A DNA stretch of 64,000 nucleotides from the NCBI GenBank assembly GCA_963706955.1, contig CAVPOC010000010.1:32001-96000 (forward strand), in the 5' to 3' direction. Origin of the DNA: an uncultured Verrucomicrobiae bacterium (GTDB lineage: Bacteria > Verrucomicrobiota > Verrucomicrobiia > Chthoniobacterales > Terrimicrobiaceae). Of the stretch, positions 10,401 through 19,190 are shown one piece after another. Numbering within the stretch: the first letter of the stretch is position 1; each line of letters starts with the position of its first letter. Both the position numbers and the translations under genes were made by a program. The notes beneath the pieces were generated by a model. That model had not been told where the DNA came from and ran no database searches. It saw only the letters and a program-made list of their open reading frames with translations.

Positions 10401-10648
10401 TTGAACGGAACTACAAACGCGTCAGGACGGCGGCAACCGGCGAGTCCAATGCCTGCGAGTGACATCGAAGCGCCCAGGAGCTTCATGAAGTCACGCTTGG
10501 TAAGTCCGCTATCTTCATAGACATCGGCCCCACGGGGAAATTCTCGCCGGAGAACCGTTTCGAAACCGGGGGAGTTCTCGAGTTCGGCAAGGCTGCGCCA
10601 GATCGTCGGCCTTTCAGGCCTTGGCGGATGATGGAAAACGCGCTTCAT
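7487..10648 (-). CDS. actB: Alternative complex III subunit B (molybdopterin-oxidoreductase-like plus Fe-S domains, Tat lipoprotein)
   Basis: Start MKRVFHH overlaps the actA stop; WRSLAEL, Tat-like TKRDFMK...LAGC, GRPTKIEGNPLHP; Fe-S motifs CFGCNACVVAC, CQHCENAPCETVCP, CIGTRYCSNNCP, CTFC..CQQACP. True 3' end may extend to 7414 (see findings). Confidence 0.95.
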   Translation of the reverse strand: MKRVFHHPPRPERPTIWRSLAELENSPGFETVLRREFPRGADVYEDSGLTKRDFMKLLGASMSLAGIGLAGCRRPDAFVVPFNKGVEWTIPGKFLFYATAMPLRQGAMPLIVSTVDGRPTKIEGNPLHPFSNGGTDAFAQASILDLYDPNRSRTIKENGVEARPEALDNLLKGLSASAEGVAFLVERNNSPTRDRLRAELEGKFPGMIWCEYEPLGNTLAQGAVSASFGQGVRLLPNFQQADVIVALDSEFLNQSDKGVGFAHGFFQRRSPDQKGAPMNRLYVVENHYTGTGGLADHRYRCKASLIGEFTRQLGSHLSASAGDSELASILQACPKMDATFDEAWLSGCANDLLASRGRSIVFVGEQQPVWVQILGHAINQALGNIGATILGAATDEKPTGTIGDLKAGIEAGSIKTLFVLGGNPAYNAPSDLNFSDLLGKVSQSVRLGLFEDETSKLCRWHIPAAHYLEMWSDVRAYDGSYSVVQPMILPLWNGVSELEILAQLAGRPKPQGPALIQETFAQTFNADPEKWNSVLRVGFAPGSEWPAAPLSFSGGQAAAPIKDIKPLAEGIELVFLQSNSVDDGRYANNSWLQETPDFETKVTWDNVALVSPATAEKLGIRANNFGPIYQVAEQLGNNIDFDVVADLIEIKSPGGTSVTAAAYVAPGHAEDSISLALGYGRSGVSALFEGVGFNAYPLRSTDAERFLTGVQVKVTKERYPLAQTQEHRSMEGRDLFREGTLERYQHDPKFAQTMGMDSHIPPNISLYSHPQLTANEQWGMTVDLNTCFGCNACVVACQAENNVPVVGKEQVRRNRDMAWIRIDRYFAGEPEDPEMLAQAMLCQHCENAPCETVCPVNATVHSEDGLNLMAYNRCIGTRYCSNNCPWKVRRFNYFDYNQRPLDQLYAGPVARKGMADSLQMAKNPNVTVRMRGVMEKCTFCIQRIEEAKIARLVEAGPRNKNDVPIREFKTACQQACPSDSLVFGNIRNLQSPVSRTRQSDRGYVMLKYLNTLPRVSYLARIKNPNSKMPDASRVGMANGEPHGHGAESRRRGS

Positions 10649-11310
10649 CGGTGACAACCTCCGCAAGTCGTCGGCGGATTGACGTCCCACTCCTCCTTAA
10701 ACTTTGTTCCCAGTTGATGCTGTTCCTGGCTGGAGGCCGGTTTCCACGCCAGGTTAAAAACCTGGTCCGGCGGCCGGAGGTGGTTTTCCGGTGCGCGGTG
10801 GCAATCGAGGCACCATTTCATACTTTGGGACTCGTGCTGAAATACGACCTTCATGTCGTTAACGGCGCCGTGGCAGGAATAGCAGCTCACACCCCGATTT
10901 ACATGGACCGCATGGTTGAAGTAGGCGTAGTCGGGAACTCGATGAACCTTCACCCAGTTGACTGCCGGCCCATCGCCTTTGCCCCCGTTCCACGCAGCGC
11001 GCACCGCGTCCAATCTTGGATTCTGCGCCTGGACCTGCTGGTGACATCCCATGCACGTCTGCACGGTGGGCACATTTGAATGGGAAGCTATCTCCACGAA
11101 ACTATGGCAATACCGGCAGTCCATACCAAGCTGCTGCACGTGAAGATCATGTTGGAAAGGCACCGGCTGTGTCGGCTCGTAACCGACGCGCGTATACTTG
11201 GGAGTGAAATAGTAAGTGATGCCGCCGGTTATGGCCGCCCCGAGCACAGCAACACACACCGTCAGCTTCCAAGGAAGCTGATTCGTCCACTTCGGGAAGA
11301 AATTTGCCAT
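10645..11310 (-). CDS. actA: Alternative complex III subunit A (pentaheme cytochrome c)
   Basis: N-terminal TM plus five CxxCH (CRYCH, CMGCH, CYSCH, CLDCH, CGGCH); QPVPFQHDLH. Confidence 0.95.
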   Translation of the reverse strand: MANFFPKWTNQLPWKLTVCVAVLGAAITGGITYYFTPKYTRVGYEPTQPVPFQHDLHVQQLGMDCRYCHSFVEIASHSNVPTVQTCMGCHQQVQAQNPRLDAVRAAWNGGKGDGPAVNWVKVHRVPDYAYFNHAVHVNRGVSCYSCHGAVNDMKVVFQHESQSMKWCLDCHRAPENHLRPPDQVFNLAWKPASSQEQHQLGTKFKEEWDVNPPTTCGGCHR

Positions 11311-11463
11311 CGTTGAGAGGCGCGTTAGCGGTTACTTGCGGCTGACTACCGACGAATTGCGGGAAACTAGATTCCACAATAGGAATGGCAATTGTTTTTT
11401 TTCGATCAAAAATCCAAAAATATGCCTATTTCCGAGCGAAGAGTGGCGCGTGACGGGTCGCTC

Positions 11464-11913
11464 ATGAACCGCGCAGTTCTTCTCTGCCTTTTGCTGGTGG
11501 CTGGCTTCGCGCTCGCGCAGGAAACAGCCCAAGTCACCCTACCATCGGTAACGTTGAGCGTAGCTGGCAAGGCCGTGACGGCGGAAGTGGCCGATGATGC
11601 CCAGGAACGCAGCATGGGTCTGATGTTCCGCGAACATCTTGCGCGAAATGCCGGAATGCTCTTCGTGATGCCGAAGCCCGAACGCGCTTCGTTCTGGATG
11701 AAGAATACGACCCTGCCGCTCTCGGTCGCCTACATGAATTCCGCCGGGGTAATTCTGGAGATTCATGATCTTCAGCCTCTGGATGAGAAACCTGTTCCCA
11801 GCGCCTTCCCGAACATCGCCTACGCGCTCGAGATGGAGCAGGGATGGTTTAATGAAAACGGCATCCTCGCAGGCGATCGGATCCAAGGCCTTCCGGCATT
11901 CGGCGGACAGTAG
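11464..11913 (+). CDS. DUF192 family exported protein
   Basis: Signal peptide MNRAVLLCLLLVAGFALA; EVADDAQERSMGLMFR, GMLFV, FWMKNTTLPLSVAY, YALEM. Confidence 0.88.
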   Translation: MNRAVLLCLLLVAGFALAQETAQVTLPSVTLSVAGKAVTAEVADDAQERSMGLMFREHLARNAGMLFVMPKPERASFWMKNTTLPLSVAYMNSAGVILEIHDLQPLDEKPVPSAFPNIAYALEMEQGWFNENGILAGDRIQGLPAFGGQ

Positions 11914-11938
11914 GCCGAAGATCTACCTAGCCGAAGGG

Positions 11939-12004
11939 TGTAGGGGCGCTTGTGTCAAGCGCCCAGCGAAAATCCACAGGCGCTTGGCACAAGGGCCTCT
12001 ACAA
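11939..12004. repeat. REP doublet (REPIN-like), family B
   Basis: tgtaggggcgcttgtgtcaagcgccc...ggcgcttggcacaagggcctctaca: two inverted GTAG-headed palindromes; near-identical reverse complement at 48791-48856; lies between convergent genes. Confidence 0.85.
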
Positions 12005-12091
12005 TTTTAAGACTTCATGCGCGGCAGCGTGAACCACAGACTTGCGCAGATCTGCACGGATGAAAGTGCTCTTGGCCCTTGATTCGCGCCG

Positions 12092-15000
12092 CTAGCGCGC
12101 AGGCACGTTATTACTTAACACGCCTTCGCCCGGGGCGGCGCCCACCTCTTGGAGATCGCCTTCTCCTCGCTTGAAGAAGGCGATCTTATCCAGATGCCGC
12201 TCCTGGAAATACTCCATATAGATATAAAAAACTGGAGTGCAAAACAGGGTCAGAACCTGTGCGACAACGAGGCCCCCGACAATGCAAAGGCCCATCGGTT
12301 GCCTGGAGGACCCATCCGCGCCAAAACCCAATGCCATCGGAAGCGCACCGAAGATGGCGGCGAAGGTTGTCATCAGTATCGGTCGCACGCGTTCGATGGC
12401 AGCTTCGAGGGCAGCTGCTTCTACGCCCAGGCCTTCTCTCCGGCGCATGATCGCGAAGTCGACCAACATGATGCCGTTTTTCTTGATGAGGCCGAGGAGC
12501 AGAAAGAGTCCAATAAATCCGTAAAGGTCGAGCGGCATGCCGAAAAGCTGCAAGGTGGCGAGCCCTCCAAGACTGGCCACCGGGAGGGTCGAGAGCACGG
12601 TGATCGGGTGAATGTAGCTCTCGTAAAGAATTCCCAGAATGATGTACATCACGAAAATGGCAATGATCAGCAGAAAGATCATCGCTTTGACCGTCTCGAT
12701 GAATTGAGCGCTCGATCCTGCCGGCGCGCCGGCCACCGAACCAGGAATGATCTCCTTGGCCGCTTGCTCAAGTTCGTCCGTCGCAGTGCCTGCCGGAAAG
12801 CCCGGCTTGAGATTGTAGAAGATCGTTACCGAGGTGATTTGATTAATGTGACTGATGGACTCCGGTCCGGTCTTGACGTGCGGACGCACCAACGAGCCTA
12901 GTGGCACGAGACCACCTTGCTGGTTCCGCACCCACAGCAGGTTTAAGTTGTCCAATCTTGCGCGTTGGCGATCGAGAAGTTCGAGGATGATCCAGTAAAC
13001 GTTGAGGGGAGTTTGAATCTGGCCGGTCATGCCTTGCGCGAAGGCGACGGCCAAGGTGTTCTCGATGTCCTGGACGTTCACGCCGTAGCTGTATGCCTGG
13101 TCACGCAAAATCTCTAACTCGAGGAAAGGGGTGTTCATTCGCATATCGCTTGAGACGCCGGTGAATCCCTCCGTCTTGCTCAAGCGTGCGATGAGCTTGC
13201 GTGCGGTATCGTAAAGCAATTCGGGGTCGGTACTGGTCAGCTGATAAGCGTAAGCACCCTGAGTGTTGGAGGTCGCGCCGGTATCGATGTTGAGGGTCGG
13301 ATATGGTTGCAACAGCGGAACTACGCCCGGAACCTGCTCTCGAACTTTAGCAACAATCCGCTGCGTGATTTCGGCGATCGGAGCGCGCTGCGCTTCGGGC
13401 TTCAGCAGAACGATGAAGAGACCCATCGACGTCGTGAGCTGATTGTTCTGCAATCCCGTTACGACAATAACCTGATCGACCCCGGGCTCGGCTTTCGAGA
13501 TTTCCATCAACTGCTTTTGATACGCCTGCATCTGGGCGGGTGACGTTCCCTCCGCCGCCAAGTAAACACCTCTGATCATTCCACTATCTCCCACGGGAAG
13601 GAATCCTTTGGGGATGACGAAGAACAGCCAGATGGTGCCGGCAAGAGAGAGCAACCAGATGAGAAGAGCGAGGCCCTTGCGGGCGATCATCCACTCCAGT
13701 GCCCGTTTGTAATTTGCTTTGAATGCCAGGAAATACTTGTTGAACCAACGCTGGTATCGATTCTCGCCCTCCGACTTTCGGAGCAGACGGGCGCAGACCA
13801 TCGGCGACACCACGATCGCGACCACCCCTGAAAAGATGATCGCGATCACGATGGTCACCGCCATTTCATGAAACATCCGGCCGATCAGCCCGGGCATGAA
13901 GACGATCGGGATGAAAATTGCTCCCAAAGAGAGGGTCATCGAGAGCACGGTGAAACTAATTTCCTTGGCGCCGAGCAGAGCGGCCAACGTCGCCGGCTTG
14001 CCCTCCTCAAGGTGGCGAACCGTATTTTCAAGGACGACCACCGCATCGTCGACCAGCAGGCCGACCGCGAGGGTCAGCGCCATGAGCGAGAGGTTGTCAA
14101 GACTATAGCCGAGCATCCACATCACGGCGAACGTCAAGAGCAAGGAAAGCGGAAGTGCCACGATCGGAATCGACGTCTCGCGCACCCGCCCGAGAAAGAG
14201 GAAGACGACCAGGACAACGAGGGCAAAGGCAATCAGGAGAGTCAACTTTACGTCATTGATGCTCTCCACGATCTGAACCGAATGATCGTAGTTAATGTAG
14301 GCTTCCACCGAGGCCGGAAGCGAAGGCTGCAGCCTCGCGAGGGTATCGCGCACGGCACGCGCCACATTCACATCATTGGCGCCCGGCGCCGGCGTCACCG
14401 CCACTACCAGCGACGCTGCGCGCGGCTTCATCCAACTCGTCCAGAAGTCGATGATGAGATACTGCTTCTGCAGGCCATCCACGGGCTTGGCGACATCCTT
14501 TACCCGCACAGGCGCGCCATCCTGATATCGGACGATGAGATCGTTGTAGTCCTCCGCGCGAAGAAGCTGACCCTTCGGATTAATAATGTACTGCAGGAAG
14601 TTTCCGTAAATCTGGCCCCCGGGAGTAAAGACGTTTCCCGTAGTTACGGAATTGGCCACATCGAGGACGGTCAGGCCTCGTGAAGCGAGAGCATTCGCAT
14701 CCATTTGGATGCAGACCGCGCGCGCCGACCCGTAAACCTGCGCATTGGAAACGCCCTCCAGCATCATCATGCGTTGAGCGACCATGTTGTTGGCGTAGTC
14801 ATACAGATCGCCCAACGTCAGGGTATCCGTTGCCATCGTGATGTAGACGATCGGCTGCGTGTTCGGATTTACCGTTTGGAAGCTCGGTGGCGCCGGCAAG
14901 TCGGTGGGAAGATTTCCCATCGCCCGCTGGATCGCCGCCTCCACCTCAGCCTCCGCCTGTCCCATGTCCTTGTTCAGAACGAATTGCAGGACGATGCTGC

Positions 15001-15265
15001 TCACGCCCTCTTGGTTGCGAGAGGTGATCAGGTGAAGCCCCTCGATCTGCATCATCTGAATCTCCAAGGGAGTGGAGATGTTGTTCGCCATGATTTGAGG
15101 GCTGGCACCCGGATAGTTGGTGGTGACGGCGATGACCGGATAGGCAACGTCCGGAAGCTCGCTAACCGGCAGCGAAAAATAGGCCGCGATGCCGAAAATC
15201 GCGGCCGAGATGGCGCACAGCGTCGTCATCACCGGCTTGCGAATGAACGGCTCGGATAAGTTCAT
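12092..15265 (-). CDS. RND efflux inner membrane transporter (MdtB/MdtC-like)
   Basis: MNLSEPFIRKPVMTTL, SLDNLSLMALTLAVGLLVDDAVVVLEN, KKNGIMLVDFA, RVRPILMTT. Confidence 0.92.
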   Translation of the reverse strand: MNLSEPFIRKPVMTTLCAISAAIFGIAAYFSLPVSELPDVAYPVIAVTTNYPGASPQIMANNISTPLEIQMMQIEGLHLITSRNQEGVSSIVLQFVLNKDMGQAEAEVEAAIQRAMGNLPTDLPAPPSFQTVNPNTQPIVYITMATDTLTLGDLYDYANNMVAQRMMMLEGVSNAQVYGSARAVCIQMDANALASRGLTVLDVANSVTTGNVFTPGGQIYGNFLQYIINPKGQLLRAEDYNDLIVRYQDGAPVRVKDVAKPVDGLQKQYLIIDFWTSWMKPRAASLVVAVTPAPGANDVNVARAVRDTLARLQPSLPASVEAYINYDHSVQIVESINDVKLTLLIAFALVVLVVFLFLGRVRETSIPIVALPLSLLLTFAVMWMLGYSLDNLSLMALTLAVGLLVDDAVVVLENTVRHLEEGKPATLAALLGAKEISFTVLSMTLSLGAIFIPIVFMPGLIGRMFHEMAVTIVIAIIFSGVVAIVVSPMVCARLLRKSEGENRYQRWFNKYFLAFKANYKRALEWMIARKGLALLIWLLSLAGTIWLFFVIPKGFLPVGDSGMIRGVYLAAEGTSPAQMQAYQKQLMEISKAEPGVDQVIVVTGLQNNQLTTSMGLFIVLLKPEAQRAPIAEITQRIVAKVREQVPGVVPLLQPYPTLNIDTGATSNTQGAYAYQLTSTDPELLYDTARKLIARLSKTEGFTGVSSDMRMNTPFLELEILRDQAYSYGVNVQDIENTLAVAFAQGMTGQIQTPLNVYWIILELLDRQRARLDNLNLLWVRNQQGGLVPLGSLVRPHVKTGPESISHINQITSVTIFYNLKPGFPAGTATDELEQAAKEIIPGSVAGAPAGSSAQFIETVKAMIFLLIIAIFVMYIILGILYESYIHPITVLSTLPVASLGGLATLQLFGMPLDLYGFIGLFLLLGLIKKNGIMLVDFAIMRRREGLGVEAAALEAAIERVRPILMTTFAAIFGALPMALGFGADGSSRQPMGLCIVGGLVVAQVLTLFCTPVFYIYMEYFQERHLDKIAFFKRGEGDLQEVGAAPGEGVLSNNVPAR

Positions 15266-15326
15266 CGCAGCGGAATGCCCACGGCTTGCGGCGCTGGCTC
15301 CGCACCCCGGAGTTGCCAAGCGACCT

Positions 15327-16475
15327 TCATTTCGCTTTCTCCGGCGTCGGCGACGGCGAAGGGGTCCTGCCGGGAAGAGGCGGCGGCGTCTGGAACGGCG
15401 TTGCACTAACTTTCATGCCGTCCTGGAGTCCGAGTTGACCCGCAGTCACCACATGGTCACCGGCGTTCAGACCTTTGGAAATGATCGAGGAGTCTGCATG
15501 GCGCTGCCCAAGCTCAACCTGATGCCGAGTTACCGTATTGTCGGAATTGACGACGAATACATACGGCCCTCCCTGGCCAATCATAACGCACTGGGAAGGT
15601 ATGACGATCGCGTCCTGGAGTGTCGTGAGAATCAGCTCAACATTGACAAAGAGTCCGGGCCAGAGGATGGCGTCTTTATTGGGCATTGTGGCGCGAAGGG
15701 AAAGCGTGCCTGTTCCGCTTGTGATAGCGTTGTCGATGAAAGTCATCTTGCCGGTAACCTTTTTGTCCGGCGCGCCAGGAATACTCGCCTGAACCGGCAA
15801 CTGTCCCTGGGTGAAATACTGCCGCACTTTGTCGAAGTCGTTTTCCGAAATGGTAAACTCGACGTAAATCGGGTCGATGGTCTGGATGTTGATGAGCTTG
15901 GTCGTATTAGCCGCAACAAGGTTGCCAGCGTCGACGAGATAAATCCCTGTCTTTCCATCGATCGGTGACGAGATCGTGCAGTATCCGAGATTTATTTGTG
16001 CGTTGGCCAGTTGACCCTCGGCAGTCAAGACGGCGCCTTGGGCCTGCAGCTGGTTAGCCTCCGCGGTTTGAAGGTCGGCAAGGTCGATCGTCTTCGTCTT
16101 GTAGAGCTCCTGTTGGCGCTGCAATGTCACCTGCGCGTTGGCCAGTTGCGCCTTTGCGGAATCGAGATTTCCCTCCGCTTCCTGCAAGGCTGCCTGATAG
16201 GGCGCGGGGTCGATCTGAGTTATCAAGTCGCCCTTCTTAACCGTTGCCCCTTCCTCGACTGCATAACGAAGAAGGATGCCTTCGACCTGCGCCTGCAGCG
16301 TGACGTCGGCAATCGTCACAACGTTGCCAAACGTGCCGATCGTCAGCGGCACGCTCTCGGCCGCGGCCATGGCAAACGTTACCGGCTGAAGAGGAGCTTG
16401 CGGCGTCGGCTTCTTTGCGCAGGAGGAAAAACCGATCACGAGCAACCAAAGAGCGAACGGGAGCTCGCATTTCAT
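15327..16475 (-). CDS. RND efflux periplasmic adaptor (MdtA-like MFP), lipoprotein
   Basis: Lipobox FSSC; IDPAPYQAAL, YCTISSPIDGKTG, DAILWPGLFVNV. Confidence 0.9.
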   Translation of the reverse strand: MKCELPFALWLLVIGFSSCAKKPTPQAPLQPVTFAMAAAESVPLTIGTFGNVVTIADVTLQAQVEGILLRYAVEEGATVKKGDLITQIDPAPYQAALQEAEGNLDSAKAQLANAQVTLQRQQELYKTKTIDLADLQTAEANQLQAQGAVLTAEGQLANAQINLGYCTISSPIDGKTGIYLVDAGNLVAANTTKLINIQTIDPIYVEFTISENDFDKVRQYFTQGQLPVQASIPGAPDKKVTGKMTFIDNAITSGTGTLSLRATMPNKDAILWPGLFVNVELILTTLQDAIVIPSQCVMIGQGGPYVFVVNSDNTVTRHQVELGQRHADSSIISKGLNAGDHVVTAGQLGLQDGMKVSATPFQTPPPLPGRTPSPSPTPEKAK

Positions 16476-16784
16476 TCGGTGGCCTTGGTAGTTGCCGAAA
16501 CGCTTGCTGTCAATCGCAGGCAAGCGCCAGACCACCTCCTCGTCTCCGTTGCGACAAACAGCCAAATGTTGCAACGGCACGGCACTTAGGAAGACTTCGC
16601 CTTAGAGTGCCCATAACATGAAGTCCAAGAGAAGCCGGAAGAGCGGTGAGACCAGCCTTCGGTCTAGCCTGGCGCCCAAACGCGGCGTCTCAGATGATTG
16701 AGGGACTTCAAGACAAGTGCCTCGAAACTCCCCACTATGCCACCTCCTGGCGAGGAAGCTATCCAGCTAACGCTGTGTGAGGAT

Positions 16785-18417
16785 TCAGTTCACCAACTCG
16801 ATCTCACTTGGGCGCCAGCTCTTGTCAAAGAAAGACTCGAGCGGGCTGTAGAGGCGCAGGATCGTGAACCACCCCTTCCCCGGCATTGTTTGGATCCAAT
16901 TGCCGCGCTTGATGCCCTCGGGCTGTTCGGGGGCGAAGTAGATTGTCGTGGAGCCGTCATCATTCGGCTCGGCGGCGGGCGACGGATAGCTCTGGCTGCC
17001 GGCGCGCGGGTAGCGCTGCGGCGTATCGAGCATCGAGCGTGACTGATTGTCGTACACCGTGAACGACCAGAATGATCGCGCGGGAATGTCCTTGGGCAGG
17101 GTGACCTTGTAGGTCTTGGCGCCGTCGTAGGGATTACCGTTGGAGTCCAGGAAGCCCATCAAATACTGCGAGCCGACGTCGGGGATGCGCATGATCATCC
17201 CCGGCGAATCGAACGTGTAGGCGTAGTAGAACGCCGTCCGCGAGTCGAGGGTCCGAGCGCCCGTGGGCGGAAGCGGTTTAAACAAGCCCTCTTTGGTGAA
17301 CTCCGGCGGCGGCGTTTCAAAGAACGCTCCACCTTCCCAAAGCATCGTGCCCCACATCGAGCCGGGATAGTAGGACCAGTCGGGATGCATCACGGCGTAC
17401 CGCCAGTTCAGCACGCGTCCAACCGCATTGCCGACGGCGGCAGCGTCGGTGAGGATCTTCTTCATTCGCTCGTCCGGCTCGAAAGGCTTACCCTTCGCGA
17501 TGCCGATCGCCGCCAACTGGCCGGCAAGTTCCACATCGTAACTGGTCGCCGGCTCCTCCTGCACGTTCTCGTTAATCATCTGGAAAAATGTGAAATCGCT
17601 GGGAGGGATCGTATTAAACGATTTTCCGCTCGCTTCGATGAACTTGGTCTCAGGGACGGGCGGATTCGCCTCGAGGCGGACTTTGCCTTCCAGGGCTGTT
17701 GCAATGCTCGTCCCAAAGCCGCCGGGCGCATATGGGTAGATCTTGAGATACTTCTTGATCAACTCGACGGTTGGCTTCGGATCGTTATCCACCAGGAATG
17801 AGCGGGCGGCATAGAGCACACGGTTTGTCTTGGAGTGTGCAATAAAGAAGCCGCCCTCAGGCAGGGGACCGTTATAATCTGGCGGAACGAGAAGGTATTT
17901 GCCGCCCTCTCCTCGATCCGGTCCGGGAAACCCAACGTCGACAATCCAGCTGAACCACATGTCGTTGATGGTGCCCAGCCCCTTCGGCGGCTGCTCGATC
18001 ACCATCGGCCCCTTGCTGAGATCAATAACACCCAGGTAGTAAATGGTATCGGCGTTAGCCGTGAGGAAAAGTGACTTGGCGTCCATCAGGTCGGAGAAAA
18101 TGACAATCGAGTTATCCTCCGCACCAATACTCAAGAAGCCCTGGCGGATCGCGTATGCGGAGGCGCCGCGGAAACTGTTGTTGTAGGCGTTCAGACCGCG
18201 GGTGAAGTCCAGCGCGTCGCGAACCTTCTCGGCGGTTTCCACGGTCGGCGCGCCGTCTTGAAACTCGAGTGTCCCAATGCGCGTCTCGACTTTGTCCGGC
18301 GTGAGGATGGACGCTGGAATCTCGGTGGCTGGCTGTCCGGACGCTTTCAGCAACAATGAAAAGCGCGGCGCCAATCAGCGCGCCACAAAAAGCGAGGAAG
18401 CTATCGATGCATTTCAT
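16785..18417 (-). CDS. DUF1254/DUF1214 family exported protein; probable frameshift near 18340 separates the signal peptide
   Basis: VETRIGTLEFQDG, LFLTANADTIY, GPDRGEGGKYLLVPPDY, FWSFTVYD, WFTILRLYSP; signal-like MKCIDSFLAFCGALIGAALFIV in the adjacent frame. Confidence 0.85.
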
Positions 18418-18823
18418 TGCTTCGCAAGGATCGCCAAAGATGAGGAGTCGTTTTTCATGGACGAGAGTCTGGTAAATTTCTTCCCGGGGTGACTAGCGCG
18501 GTTGTGCGAGGTTACGGAGATTTCACGACAAGACCTTGTCAACCCTTGCCGCCGGTGACATTGTTACGAAGTACGTTCGTCGACCCTGCCGGCGATTGCC
18601 TTCAAACGTTCGATTCTTTAGAAAGTTCCGATTGTTTCTCCCGCCTCGAGAGAATCAGCAGGCAAAGACAATCTCGCACCTATTAGCTCGTGGCGTGCGA
18701 TATCACAAAAAGCTCGGTCAATCCTTCCTGACAAAGGCTCCTGATAGTCTGCGCACCAGAGGGCAACATTTCGCCAAAAGGATGGAAAACGCACACACTT
18801 CGGCTTAGAGTGGAAGGGAAACC

Positions 18824-18976
18824 ATGAGCCGAGAGAAAGAACCCGAAGACCGACCCAGGCGCGAAAAAGAAAACATGGACGAACCCCAGGAAGAGTTCAT
18901 CGATATTTCATCAGTTCCCTCCCATACGAAAGACGAGGAAGAGAAAAAGGGCAAAAAACCGCCGGAGCAAACATGA
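18824..18976 (+). CDS. Small highly charged hypothetical protein (50 aa)
   Basis: Purine-rich GAAGGGAA upstream; MSREKEPEDRPRREKENMDEPQEEFIDISSVPSHTKDEEEKKGKKPPEQT*; below the ORF-track length cut-off. Confidence 0.45.
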   Translation: MSREKEPEDRPRREKENMDEPQEEFIDISSVPSHTKDEEEKKGKKPPEQT

Positions 18977-19026
18977 CCGCTTAGAAACTCGCAAACGAAG
19001 CCGTGTTCTCCCTTTGGTGACAACTT

Positions 19027-19173
19027 TAACCACAGAGGACACAGAGGAAGGTCCAGCGGGGAGTTTCGGTTGTCCGTGACGAGGAAAGCCGAAAAGTCGC
19101 CCCAAACAAAAATGACCACTCTTTTAGAAACTCGCGAAGTAAGACTCTGTGTTCTCCGTGTCCTCTGTGGTTA
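19027..19173. repeat. Inverted repeat pair TAACCACAGAGGACAC(A/G)GAG bracketing about 95 bp
   Basis: taaccacagaggacacagag at 19027 and the reverse complement ctccgtgtcctctgtggtta ending at 19173; related aaccacaga...cagat motif near 12032. Confidence 0.65.
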
Positions 19174-19190
19174 GTCTTTGGTCGCCTACT

